DNA of 64,000 nt, taken from Tubiluchus corallicola (taxonomy: Eukaryota; Animalia; Priapulida). Each line of letters opens with the position of its first letter. Position 1 is the stretch's first letter. Where the stretch lies: the NCBI GenBank assembly GCA_030141605.1, contig JAQGDQ010000570.1, positions 62,001 to 126,000 on the forward strand. The letters run 5' to 3'. This document shows, piece after piece, positions 63,436 through 64,000 of the stretch. A model generated the notes under the pieces. That model made no database searches. It worked only from the letters and a program-made list of their open reading frames with translations, and was not told where the DNA came from. Both the position numbers and the translations under genes were made by a program.

Positions 63436-64000
63436 GTTGCCAAATTAATATTCCAAATGGATTATATTTGCACACGTAGATTGCAAATTTAGTGACTTAT
63501 CCCTCCCTGCCGTCTACTGCTGGTACTGACAGTGAAACTGATAAGGTGTGGTAGCTACAGTGGCATACACAAGCAGCTGCATCCCCGCTCTATACCAAGG
63601 CCAAACTTGTAAATTTTCTAAACCGGTTAAAAGCGCACATTCCTTAGAACTGGATAGCGAAATCGTACTTAGCCTATACCGGGAATATCGCCCTCGGTAA
63701 TTTGTTTCATCGATCTGAGCTGATGCTTGTTTAGTCGAGCAATCATTAGCGCATACGTGCAAGCAATTAGAGGCGTTTATTTTTCTAGTATTGCTCAGAG
63801 AATATGAGGCCGCGTGCGTGCGCGCGCGTTGACATTATTAGATCCCTAATTATTGTTGCTGACCCTTTTGTACGGATCATCAGCATCATAAAGTTTTTAG
63901 TCGTGTACAGTTTACTGACAATATGACGCTATTGTATTGCATCAGTCCAGACACTGTACCAACACATTTATTTATATGTATTGTAATTTTATTGCTTATA

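Overview
AT-rich, repeat-dense genomic DNA from an invertebrate animal (probably a protostome; the species cannot be named from the sequence). Six protein-coding genes can be reconstructed by hand: the last exon of RNASEH2B (+); an intronless MRPL11 (+); a 3-coding-exon CD225/dispanin membrane protein (+); a 3-exon GDP-mannose 4,6-dehydratase GMDS (-); a full-length axonemal dynein heavy chain DNAH6 encoded as one uninterrupted 12.3-kb ORF (-); and a 4-exon GPI-anchored Ly6/three-finger (quiver-like) protein (-). The rest is MITEs (Kolobok-like and piggyBac-like with TTAA, hAT, pogo/Tigger, Harbinger-like), LINE remnants (RTE, CR1/L2), tRNA-derived SINEs, a probable solo LTR, a 37-bp satellite with an inverted block, and micro/minisatellites. 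The most notable signal is intron loss. DNAH6 has no coding introns but appears to keep a 5'-UTR intron and an RFX X-box promoter, GMDS keeps only 5' introns, and MRPL11 is intronless. No CRISPR, rRNA or bona fide tRNA genes were seen. All splice models and family names come from reading the sequence, without database searches.
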